Below are positions 25,101-31,901 of a stretch of 32,010 nt of DNA, one piece after another. Each line of letters begins with the position of its first letter. Position 1 is the first letter of the stretch. The stretch lies in the IMG/VR virus record IMGVR_UViG_3300030098_004861, positions 1 through 32,010 of that record; one strand, written 5' to 3'. The position numbers and the translations under genes were made by a program. Source of the DNA: a virus. Taxonomy: Duplodnaviria > Caudoviricetes. The notes under the pieces are model-generated. The model saw only the letters and a list, made by a program, of their open reading frames with translations, ran no database searches and was not told where the DNA came from.

Positions 25101-26595
25101 TGTTCAAGGTAATTTTGTAACTGGAGTTGGTAAGACAGTTCAATATATCATGTTAGATGGTTCTACTGGTATCACTACTGAGTTGAATGGTGCTAACAAT
25201 GTTGGAGGAGGTGTTTATATTAATGATCTTACTGAGGTTACTAGTGGAGATCAAATTGTAGTTAATCATGAAAATCATGGAATGTATTTTAGTGATAATT
25301 TTGTTACTCTTTCTGATGTCCAAACTGACATTATTCCAACTAAGTTAACTAATGATTTAAATTCTACTACAACAGGAGAGATCGTTGTAGAAAATGTCAA
25401 TAACTTAGATACGTTTGAAAGTGTAGGAGTAGGAACGACCAACTATGGTTATTTACAGATCGGGGATGAGATTCTTTCTTATGAATCTGCATCAGGAACC
25501 AATATAGGAATTACTTCTCGATCAATTGATTCTAGTACTGCTAAGAATTATCTTGCAGGAACACTTGTTTACAAATATGAATTGGGTGGCGTTTCCTTAA
25601 GAAGGATTAATAAAACTCATAACTTAGCTGATGTAACTACTGCAGATCCAATTACTTTTGATTCTTATACCATTAAATTGGATATGGGTTCTAGTGGACT
25701 TGGTAGATCTACAGGAGAAAGTTTCCCTATTTTATATACAGATAGAACTCAAACAGCAGGAGGAATTAATGCAACTGCTACTCAAAATATTCCTTTTGAA
25801 ATAATTAATCCTCAACTACAAACTCTTACAGTTCCTGGCACTAATGTTTCAGCACAAGTAAGAACTATTAGTGGTGCTAGTTTAGACGGAAGTGAAACTG
25901 GTTATTTGGAACAAACATCTGAAACGGTTGCAATAGGGGAGAATAATCTTCTTTCTACTCCTAGAATAATTGCTTCTAAGATTAATGAAACAAATAAATT
26001 AAGTGCATTACCTGGAAATAAATCAATGAATATGCAAATTAATTTATCCAGTGTTAGTTCTAAGTTATCACCTGTAATTGATTCTCAAAGAATAAGTGCT
26101 ATCTTTGTATCTAATAGAGTTAATGCTCCTATTGGAATTAATAGTTATACCACTGATAATAGAGTTAATAGTATATTTGATGATCCTAATGCTTTCCAAT
26201 ATCTTTCTAAAGAAATTGCATTAGAAAATCCTGCATCTTCTGTCAAGATTATTGCCAATGTTTATTTAAATGATAGTTGTGATATTAGGGCATTTTATGC
26301 AATTGGTGATAATGAAAACTTTGAACCAGTTTATAGGCCTTTCCCAGGATATAACAATCTTAATGAAAAAGGAGAAGTAATTGATCCTGCTGATAATGAT
26401 GGAAGACCTGATGTATTTGTAGCACCTACTAACAATGTATTAAGTACACCTGATTCTAGTGACTTTAAAGAAAGAATTTTCACTGCAACGGATGTTCCTT
26501 CTTTTAGGTATTATAGAATTAAACTGGTGATGACATCTACTAATCAGGTATATGTTCCTCGTGTGAAAGATCTTCGAGTCCTAGCACTTGCCTAA
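19102..26595 (+). CDS. large virion structural protein, VrlC/DUF4815-like (2497 aa)
   Basis: TNLNVAPYFDDF...YYKVLFKPAYPVQARELNNLQSILQNQI, APGADRL, LARRTYAESGDY, FKSGFFVDNF, DPLAQSF, GSLFKSQNGSTW...EDLKF.LYRA.F and terminal PRVKDLRVLAL. Confidence 0.8.
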   Translation: MPQETNLNVAPYFDDFSANNDYYKVLFKPAYPVQARELNNLQSILQNQIEKFGQHFFKEGAKIVPGNTTYISPYDCVQLENVYLGIPLSDYVNQVRGATITGLTSGVTAVVDKILIGRNSEKGNTTLYVNYIGSSTSDNAGSKFLDDELLSVNKDILSANTTIASGEAWGSTLASGAISSGSIFSISQGIYFARGQFVNVSDQSIILSQYSDSPSYRIGLFLSEQIINADINPQLNDNARGFTNFSAPGADRLRISTSLIKKALDDFDDDNFIELATVEEGVLKSKKETTEYQHIADELARRTYAESGDYYVKPFTTKAKESLNNYQGNNGIYNSNQVTPSGKSPSESLALYQVSPGRAFVKGYDIETVIPTYLDCPKPRTTQLVEEQALEFNTGATLKLNKVYGSPQIGIGNTYVLSLRDKRVGSASTLPAGKEIGVARVYDADLNSGSYDRANSDINEWDLKLYDIQTVTEITLNENITLTVPTHIKGNQSGATAFLKDAVTSSTALSVYEVEGEFIKNENFIIDGVENTRVAIAVTSFGISDVKSVFGNTNGPSMNTVGAAQTFSADTVQTNVVNIGIATLSPTAWDSSLSGYPSGTISSIRSTNPIFPGNIKVGNILKFSPSQTSEFNEPIMASVVSVGTTHVVVTGVNTVTGVADGKLPAVTTQVSDLTLVSTNLQDSDDNSYYTILPNSNISNVDLTDGVIRIRKTQSVLISGGQLSEQVAAGTNETFLPFKPERYTLIKGDGTTELLTEDRVKITSGSTRLQIEGLSDGIDDATLITTLKKQKPKAKEKIRNRVNSIVVNKSIDSASGIGSTTINDGLTSGNYPYGTRVQDLDISLNVADLIDVEGVFESVNTSEASAPTITFSSLTGPTGKTSDLIVGEKITGKTSNACAIVAEIISDSKISIIKKNDIKFKENEVVSFEESKIEGKIVTVDFTSINISSNFTYTNGQNQSFYGYPSIQRKTDSDAPTRQLKIYFSNGYYQSTDDGDITTKNSYDTFNYTTEIQTVNGIRNTDLIDIRPRVSDYIVAEDARSPLEFYGREFNAAGNSAANILASDETILTDFSYYLGRMDSIYITKDGTFQVKYGTPSDFPTEPVIVDDALKIATAELPPYLYTTDNISINFLNYKRYKMSDINRLEKRITSLEYYTSLSLLEANTASLFVPDSAGFNKFKSGFFVDNFTNFLSQSTLVGYKNSVDVENQILRPKHYTTAVDLELGPVEGVNANSDKRYINPQGTNIKRTGDIITLNYNQVEWLKQTFGTRSESVTPFMVSFWKGTLDLTPASDNWLDTRRLDANIINVEGNFAETVAQFTRNFGGNPQQGFSSVTWGAWQTNWAGRRVQTRTITTGRWERHARDMVRRQQNPWLATTRQQRRITESQRRTGTRTLVTEQFEQTSQGDRVVSRDLVGFMRSRNVEFVSKRVKPSTRLYAFFDGRDVTQYCVPKLLEISMSSGVFQIGETVIGTTRPIGSAPANNNLVDASIRFRVAQSNHMEGPYNAPTKKYGSSPYSAEPIPATYSSTSTILNVDTFSLADQPQGSYWGWVEDDMMLVGETSGALAVVTNVRLVSDIGANLIGSFYIPDPDVGTHPRFETGEKIFTLINNETLDRDNSQTLAEEGFTSTGILETVQEDIVSVRNARVETQTVTQRRNTGTWSNVAGTEVTERRWRQWDPLAQSFFVEDANGVFLTSCDVYFATKDDTDLPVTFQLRTMVNGLPTTKIIPFSEIVKSPADISTSTDGSVATTFTFNSPIYVEGGTEYAIVLLSESYKYSAIISRVGESDLITGTFTAQQPFLGSLFKSQNGSTWEPSQWEDLKFTLYRADFATTGSIQVYSPELSLGNEQIARLLPDPINLTSRKIRIGIGSNLEDANLKAGYTIKQFGSNATGDYVSSAGIATGTLNIINSGIGLTPTSGGFVFPDVKLSSVTGSGVNATAKITVENGVATGATITAGGDGYVIGDVLSIGSTGIGNKAIGANVRLSVVGISSATQLVVDNVQGNFVTGVGKTVQYIMLDGSTGITTELNGANNVGGGVYINDLTEVTSGDQIVVNHENHGMYFSDNFVTLSDVQTDIIPTKLTNDLNSTTTGEIVVENVNNLDTFESVGVGTTNYGYLQIGDEILSYESASGTNIGITSRSIDSSTAKNYLAGTLVYKYELGGVSLRRINKTHNLADVTTADPITFDSYTIKLDMGSSGLGRSTGESFPILYTDRTQTAGGINATATQNIPFEIINPQLQTLTVPGTNVSAQVRTISGASLDGSETGYLEQTSETVAIGENNLLSTPRIIASKINETNKLSALPGNKSMNMQINLSSVSSKLSPVIDSQRISAIFVSNRVNAPIGINSYTTDNRVNSIFDDPNAFQYLSKEIALENPASSVKIIANVYLNDSCDIRAFYAIGDNENFEPVYRPFPGYNNLNEKGEVIDPADNDGRPDVFVAPTNNVLSTPDSSDFKERIFTATDVPSFRYYRIKLVMTSTNQVYVPRVKDLRVLALA

Positions 26596-26596
26596 A

Positions 26597-26818
26597 ATGT
26601 CTTATCTTAAAGTAGAGGGTCATAGTGGATTATATAGAGACCCTAAAACAAATTCTATTGTGAATCAAAATTCCACTGGATATAATGAATATATCACTCA
26701 ACAAAAAATGAGAAATAGTGGAAATGATAAAATAGATAATATGAAAGATGATCTTGATAATTTAAAAAATGAGATTAATGAAATTAAATCTTTACTCAAG
26801 GAGTTAGTAAATGGCTAA
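26597..26818 (+). CDS. small conserved cyanophage protein with C-terminal coiled coil (73 aa)
   Basis: ATG 26597, 1 nt after the upstream stop (the ORF track starts at TTG 26588). KVEGHSGLYRDPKTNSIVN, then heptad-like IDNMKDDLDNLKNEINEIKSLLKEL. Confidence 0.75.
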   Translation: MSYLKVEGHSGLYRDPKTNSIVNQNSTGYNEYITQQKMRNSGNDKIDNMKDDLDNLKNEINEIKSLLKELVNG

Positions 26819-27458
26819 TCAAAATATAACATTTGATGTTGCATCGGGAACTCCTTATGAGTCAAATTTGACTATTAATGGTGGTGCTAATTTTAGTAAT
26901 ATATTCACAGTAACCAACCCTAACGGAACTGCTTTTAATTTTACTGATTATAGTGGTTCTTCTCAAATGATTAAGAGTGTGGCAGTAGGTGCTACAGATA
27001 TTGTTGCTGCTACATTCGCAGTAGGATTTACTAGTGAAGCTGGAGGAAAAATAGAAATTTCTTTAGGGTCTACTCAGACTAGAAGTTTAGCAGGAGGAAG
27101 ATATGTTTATGATATTTTAGTGAATTCTGCTTCTTCATCTAATACTACAGATGTATTAGAAACTGCAATTTCAGTAGGAAGTACTGCTGGTATTGGTACA
27201 ACAACATTTACCTTAAATAAGGTTACTAATGTTGCGGTTGGTGACTCTGTAACAATAAGTGATCAACTTACAGATGTACCTGTAGTTACCGTTTCTACGG
27301 GTAATACCATTGAAGTGGGAACTGCCTTCACATCGGGGTCTCAGATCCTCCCTGGTACTGCTGTAACCTTCAGTAGGGTATCTACAGCATCTACGATTTA
27401 TAGGTTAGTTCAGGGTTCGATTATAGTTAAGGCAGGTATCTCTTCCGCACCTTCCTAA
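26811..27458 (+). CDS. virion structural protein; Ig/BppU-N-like beta sandwich with an inserted domain
   Basis: NLTINGGANFS.IFTV..NG..FNFTDYS, GKIEISL...QT..L..GRYVYDILV and terminal RLVQGSIIVKAGIS, with ~84 aa inserted before the last strand. Confidence 0.65.
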   Translation: MANQNITFDVASGTPYESNLTINGGANFSNIFTVTNPNGTAFNFTDYSGSSQMIKSVAVGATDIVAATFAVGFTSEAGGKIEISLGSTQTRSLAGGRYVYDILVNSASSSNTTDVLETAISVGSTAGIGTTTFTLNKVTNVAVGDSVTISDQLTDVPVVTVSTGNTIEVGTAFTSGSQILPGTAVTFSRVSTASTIYRLVQGSIIVKAGISSAPS

Positions 27459-27482
27459 ATAATTTCACAGGAATAATAAATA
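27455..27482 (+). promoter_or_regulatory. T4-type late promoter motif(s) upstream of gp13
   Basis: CTAAATA 27455-27461 and AATAAATA 27475-27482. Confidence 0.55.
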
Positions 27483-27483
27483 C

Positions 27484-28332
27484 ATGGCACAACCAGCAAG
27501 CCGAGCACAGTTAATAGATTATGCTAAGAGGCAGTTAGGAGCCCCTGTGCTAGAAATTAATGTTGCTGACGAGCAAGTAGAGGATATATTGGATGATTCA
27601 ATCCAGTATTTTCATGAAAGACATTTTGATGGAGTATTACAAACATATTTAAAATATCAGTTTACGCAAGAAGACGTTGATAGAGGAAAAGGACCTAAAG
27701 AATCTGGAGTAACAGGGATAACAACAACTACTACTTCTTCAACAATTAATGGGGTAGCAGTTGAATTTGATTGGAAAGAGAATAGCAATTATTTACAAAT
27801 ACCTCCTGCTGTTATTGGTGTTTATAAGGTATTTCGTTTTGACGGAAGTAATACTGCTACTAATAATATGTTTAGTATTAAGTATCAGTTATTCTTAAAT
27901 GATGTTGCTTTTAACCTTGGATATGACGGTCTTTTAAGTTATGCAATGACAAAGACTTATTTGTCGGATATTGATTACTTATTGACTACTGAAAAGCAAA
28001 TAAGATTTAATCAAAGAATGGATAGATTGTATCTTGATATTGATTGGGAAAGTGTTACTGTAGGTGATTGGTTAATTTTGGACTGTTTCAGAACTCTTGA
28101 TCCAAATGATTATACCAGAGTATATAATGATTCTTTTCTTAAAAAGTATTTTACAGCTAATTTAAAAAGACAGTGGGGGCAAAACTTAATCAAGTTCCAA
28201 GGAGTAAAACTTCCTGGTGGAGTTGAACTTGATGGTCGAGCAATCTATGAAGATGGAATGAAAGATCTCGAAATTATAAGAGAGATGATGTCCAATACTT
28301 ATGAATTACCACCTCTAGATATGATAGGATAA
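27484..28332 (+). CDS. gp13: neck protein gp13
   Basis: P.SRAQLIDYAKRQLGAPVLEINV.DEQVED.LDD.IQYF.ERHFDG and KRQWGQNLIKFQGVKLPGGVELDG..IY. Confidence 0.93.
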   Translation: MAQPASRAQLIDYAKRQLGAPVLEINVADEQVEDILDDSIQYFHERHFDGVLQTYLKYQFTQEDVDRGKGPKESGVTGITTTTTSSTINGVAVEFDWKENSNYLQIPPAVIGVYKVFRFDGSNTATNNMFSIKYQLFLNDVAFNLGYDGLLSYAMTKTYLSDIDYLLTTEKQIRFNQRMDRLYLDIDWESVTVGDWLILDCFRTLDPNDYTRVYNDSFLKKYFTANLKRQWGQNLIKFQGVKLPGGVELDGRAIYEDGMKDLEIIREMMSNTYELPPLDMIG

Positions 28333-29738
28333 TGGCATTAAATCCCTTTTTTCTACAAGGATCAACGAGTGAACAGAATCTTGTACAAGATTTAATTAAT
28401 GAACAATTAACGATATATGGTGTGGAAGTTCATTATCTTCCTCGTCAGTATGCAACTACTAATACTATTATCAGAGAAGTAATTGAATCTAAGTTCAATA
28501 ATTCCTATCCGATTGAGGCATATGTAGAAAATTTTGATGGGTATGGGGATAATACTGTATTGCTTTCTAAGTTTGGTATTCAATCCAATAAGGAATTAAC
28601 TGTAACTATCTCAAGAGAAAGATATGAAAATTATATTTCCCCTTTGATGAAGAATTTACCTGATATTGATTTACCCAATGTTGAAATATTTGATAGACCT
28701 AGAGAAGGAGATTTAGTATATTTCCCATTTGGTGATAGATTATTTGAGATTAAGTTTGTAGAGCATGAGAAACCATTTTATCAGTTAAAGAAAAATTACG
28801 TATATACATTGACTTGTGAACTATTCAGACCAGAAGATGAGATTATTGATACTGGTATTGAGGATATTGATGATACAGTTGATGTAGATTTCAACTTACG
28901 AACTCTTACTTTGGTTGCTGCAGGAAGTACCGCAACAGCAATCGCAGGAGTTGTAACTACGGGTGGTATTAATCAATTTGTTATAACAGATAGAGGTGAA
29001 AGATACACTGCTGCACCTAATGTAGCGATTTCATCTTCTCCAACAATAGGAGGCCAAGCGGTTGGTATTGCAACTCTTCTTGATGGTATTATTAATTGTG
29101 ATGGATCGGAAATAGGTTCTAAGGTACAAGGAATCTATGTACAAAATCCAGGTATTGGATATACTGATAATCCTGGAGTTGTTATATTAAGTAGTAACAA
29201 TGATGGTGTGGGAGCTGCTGCAACAAGTAGAATCAGTGATAATGTTGTGGGTGTTGTTACGATTACTGATGGTGGTTCTGGATATACTACTGCACCTTCT
29301 GTAACTATCAGTGGACCTGGTATTGGAACCACTGCATCTGCTATTGCGGTTGTAAGTTCTGCTGGAACTATTTCCAATGTTTACATGTCTTATGCTGGTG
29401 CTGGTTATACTGTTGCACCTACAATTACTATTGGATCTCCTTATATGGCAGGAACAGGAGACTTTATAGATAATGAGACTGTAACTGGTTCTCAGAGTGG
29501 TAAGACTGCCCTTGTGAAGACTTGGAATGCTGTAACAGGTGTATTAGTCATCTCTAATACTACAGGAGACTTTATAGCAGGAGAAGATATTACTGGATCA
29601 GAAAGTGGAGCTGCTTATCAATTAAAGTCTGAACAACTAGATAATACAGTAAGCGAATATCCTGATAACTTAGAAATAGAAACTCAAGCAGATTCTATTT
29701 TAGACTTCAGTGAGACCAATCCATTCGGAACTCCCTAA
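28332..29738 (+). CDS. gp14: neck protein gp14 with C-terminal repeat/beta modules
   Basis: EQNLVQDLINEQL.IYG.EV.YLPR, LLSKFG, RPREGDLVYFP...RLFEIKFVEHEKPFYQL.K.YVY.L.CELF and terminal DFSETNPFG. Confidence 0.92.
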   Translation: MALNPFFLQGSTSEQNLVQDLINEQLTIYGVEVHYLPRQYATTNTIIREVIESKFNNSYPIEAYVENFDGYGDNTVLLSKFGIQSNKELTVTISRERYENYISPLMKNLPDIDLPNVEIFDRPREGDLVYFPFGDRLFEIKFVEHEKPFYQLKKNYVYTLTCELFRPEDEIIDTGIEDIDDTVDVDFNLRTLTLVAAGSTATAIAGVVTTGGINQFVITDRGERYTAAPNVAISSSPTIGGQAVGIATLLDGIINCDGSEIGSKVQGIYVQNPGIGYTDNPGVVILSSNNDGVGAAATSRISDNVVGVVTITDGGSGYTTAPSVTISGPGIGTTASAIAVVSSAGTISNVYMSYAGAGYTVAPTITIGSPYMAGTGDFIDNETVTGSQSGKTALVKTWNAVTGVLVISNTTGDFIAGEDITGSESGAAYQLKSEQLDNTVSEYPDNLEIETQADSILDFSETNPFGTP

Positions 29739-29741
29739 ATA
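29735..29741 (+). promoter_or_regulatory. T4-type late promoter upstream of gp15
   Basis: CTAAATA overlapping the gp14 stop, about 21 nt before the gp15 ATG. Confidence 0.55.
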
Positions 29742-29762
29742 TAATACAATAGGTTTATAGAA

Positions 29763-30773
29763 ATGTTTGAGTATTTTTATCACGAAATATTGAGAAGAAC
29801 GATTATTTCGTTTGGAACCCTTTTTAATGGAATAGAAATTCAGCATGAAGATTCTGATGATAATGTTGTAAGTACTATCAGAGTTCCTCTTGCATATGGA
29901 CCTACTCAGAAGTTTTTAGCACGTCTTCAACAATCTCCTGATCTTAATAAACCTACTTCAATCACATTACCTAGAATGTCGTTTGAATTTGTGGGATTGC
30001 AATATGATGGATCAAGGAAAGTAACAACAACTCAAACATTTAAGTCACATACAGTAGGAATTGCAACGGCTATACGAAAAACATATATGCCTGTTCCTTA
30101 TAACATGTCTTTTGAACTTTCAGTATTTACGAAGTTGAATGATGATATGCTTCAGATTGTAGAACAGATATTACCCTATTTCCAACCTTCATATAATTTA
30201 AGTGTTGACCTTGTAAGTACTATTGGAGAGAAGAGAGATATTCCTGTTATTATTGAAAACATTACAATGGAAGATGACTATGAGGGAGATTTTACAACTC
30301 GTAGATCATTAATTTATACATTTAGATTTACTGCAAAAACATACCTATTTGGTCCTGTTGGAGACACTGCTGCAGCATCCAAAGATCTTATCAAATCTGC
30401 AAAAATTGGATACGTTGTTGGTGGTACTACCAAGACACCTACAAGAGATGTTACATACTCTGTTGTTCCTCGTGCTACTAAGGCTTATGATAATGATGTA
30501 ACAACCAATCTATCTGAAGATATGGGTGTTGAAGGCACTCTCATGGAGGTTAATGATTCATCTGGTATTGAACTTAATACCTATGTCATTGTTGATAGTG
30601 AATCCATATATGTTGATAAGAAGAGTGGTAATAAGTTGGTCGTTAAGAGAGGTCAAGATGGAACTACACCGACTGCACACGTTTCTGGTGCTGCGGTGAA
30701 TAAGGTTACTGCTACAACTAATTCTCTAATAGAAATTGGGGATGACTTTGGATTTGATGGATCCTTCATCTAA
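29763..30773 (+). CDS. gp15: tail sheath stabilizer / tail completion protein gp15 with an added C-terminal module
   Basis: YFYHEILRRTIISFGTLFN.I, VPLAYGPTQKFLARL, LPRMSFE, PVPYN, QIVEQILPYFQP and DDYEGDF.TRR. Confidence 0.93.
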   Translation: MFEYFYHEILRRTIISFGTLFNGIEIQHEDSDDNVVSTIRVPLAYGPTQKFLARLQQSPDLNKPTSITLPRMSFEFVGLQYDGSRKVTTTQTFKSHTVGIATAIRKTYMPVPYNMSFELSVFTKLNDDMLQIVEQILPYFQPSYNLSVDLVSTIGEKRDIPVIIENITMEDDYEGDFTTRRSLIYTFRFTAKTYLFGPVGDTAAASKDLIKSAKIGYVVGGTTKTPTRDVTYSVVPRATKAYDNDVTTNLSEDMGVEGTLMEVNDSSGIELNTYVIVDSESIYVDKKSGNKLVVKRGQDGTTPTAHVSGAAVNKVTATTNSLIEIGDDFGFDGSFI

Positions 30774-30775
30774 TC

Positions 30776-31192
30776 ATGAAACAACTAGATAATGCCTTTA
30801 ATATTACTCCAGAAGTGGAAGTGGATTCTATTGAAGTTAAAGAACCTGTTGGAATACAAAAACCACCAACCAAAGATGATATAACTAGAGATTATGAATA
30901 TACAAGAGGCAATTTATATTCTATCATTGAAAAAGGACAAGAAGCAATTGATGGAATTCTTGAACTTGCTCAAGAGAGTGAAATGCCAAGAGCATATGAG
31001 GTAGCAGGACAATTAATCAAGAGTGTTTCTGATGCCACTGATAAATTAATGGATCTTCAGAAAAAATTGAAAGATGTAAACGAAGAACAGCAATCTAAAG
31101 GACCATCTACTGTCAATAATGCATTGTTTGTAGGATCAACGGCTGAATTGGGTAAACTGTTAAAAAATGGACTTCCTCAGGATAGTAAATAA
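30776..31192 (+). CDS. gp16: terminase small subunit gp16
   Basis: DYEYTRGNLYSIIEKGQEAIDGILELAQESEMPRAYEVAGQLIK and NNALFVGSTAEL.K.LK are typical cyanophage gp16. Confidence 0.93.
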   Translation: MKQLDNAFNITPEVEVDSIEVKEPVGIQKPPTKDDITRDYEYTRGNLYSIIEKGQEAIDGILELAQESEMPRAYEVAGQLIKSVSDATDKLMDLQKKLKDVNEEQQSKGPSTVNNALFVGSTAELGKLLKNGLPQDSK

Positions 31193-31230
31193 AATAAGGG
31201 GTTTAGTAGTAAAAAAAGTAAATTATATTA

Positions 31231-31701
31231 TCACTCATAAGTTTTCTTCCCACTGAATTTAAGTTCTACTGGATTTGGATTTTGACCTATACGTCTTGGG
31301 TTATGATTAACCATCGGTCTTCCTTCATTTACTTTTTCCGATGGAACACCATCCTTTGGATATAAAAACTCTATCTCACCATTTTGATATACTCTATAAA
31401 TTTTATAGTCTTTTATTCGTGGTTTAATATCTGTCTTGAATTGTGTTCCAAGTGCTAAACACTGCTCCTTTCTAGCAAAATACATTATATTATCACCTTC
31501 GTGCATGATAGCAGCACCACCAGTAGGCAATTCAAATGCTTGTTCTTTTATACTCTTCCATGTAATAGCATAGGTTTCAGCATAAGAACGATTAGGATAA
31601 TCTCTTTGAGGATTAAAGCCATCAATATTAAATTTAGGATCAATCAGTCCACCAGTACTCTCACAATACTTTGGTAACTTACCTGTTAGTTCTTCTGTCA
31701 T
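31231..31701 (-). CDS. psaD: photosystem I reaction centre subunit II (PsaD), viral, with N-terminal insertion
   Basis: [59 protein letters not shown] and [23 protein letters not shown] at 31710-31706. Confidence 0.97.
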   Translation of the reverse strand: MTEELTGKLPKYCESTGGLIDPKFNIDGFNPQRDYPNRSYAETYAITWKSIKEQAFELPTGGAAIMHEGDNIMYFARKEQCLALGTQFKTDIKPRIKDYKIYRVYQNGEIEFLYPKDGVPSEKVNEGRPMVNHNPRRIGQNPNPVELKFSGKKTYE

Positions 31702-31901
31702 ACTACCTCCAATTCATCTTCTGCAAAATAATTTGTTGTATTACCACCATCTACACCACTATAAACTTTATAATCTACTTTCTTGAACTTCACTGATATT
31801 GGATATAAAATACCACTAGTATCTATAGAAACAATCTTTCCACATTCATTAAACCAATAAGATTCAGGTCGTTTAATTCTAACTATATCACCACGCTTCA
31901 T
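31698..31901 (-). CDS. psaE: photosystem I subunit IV (PsaE), viral (67 aa)
   Basis: [34 protein letters not shown]...TNYFAEDEL. True start ATG 31901 with GGAGG 9 nt upstream; TGA overlaps the psaD ATG (ATGA). Confidence 0.95.
   Translation of the reverse strand: MKRGDIVRIKRPESYWFNECGKIVSIDTSGILYPISVKFKKVDYKVYSGVDGGNTTNYFAEDELEVV

Noticed and set aside
5305-26595. Inteins, introns or diversity-generating retroelement repeats in the giant genes
   Set aside because: The reading frames are continuous. I saw no intein splice motifs, homing endonuclease, reverse transcriptase or long near-identical nucleotide repeat by eye; an HMM and self-dot-plot check was not possible.
26588-26596. TTG start for the 76-aa ORF
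   Set aside because: It overlaps the upstream gene end; ATG 26597 directly after the stop is more likely.
19096-27483. Absence of recognisable gp9-gp12 and wac between gp8 and gp13
   Set aside because: This is usual for marine cyanomyophages, where large VrlC-like and other proteins occupy the interval; not novel by itself.
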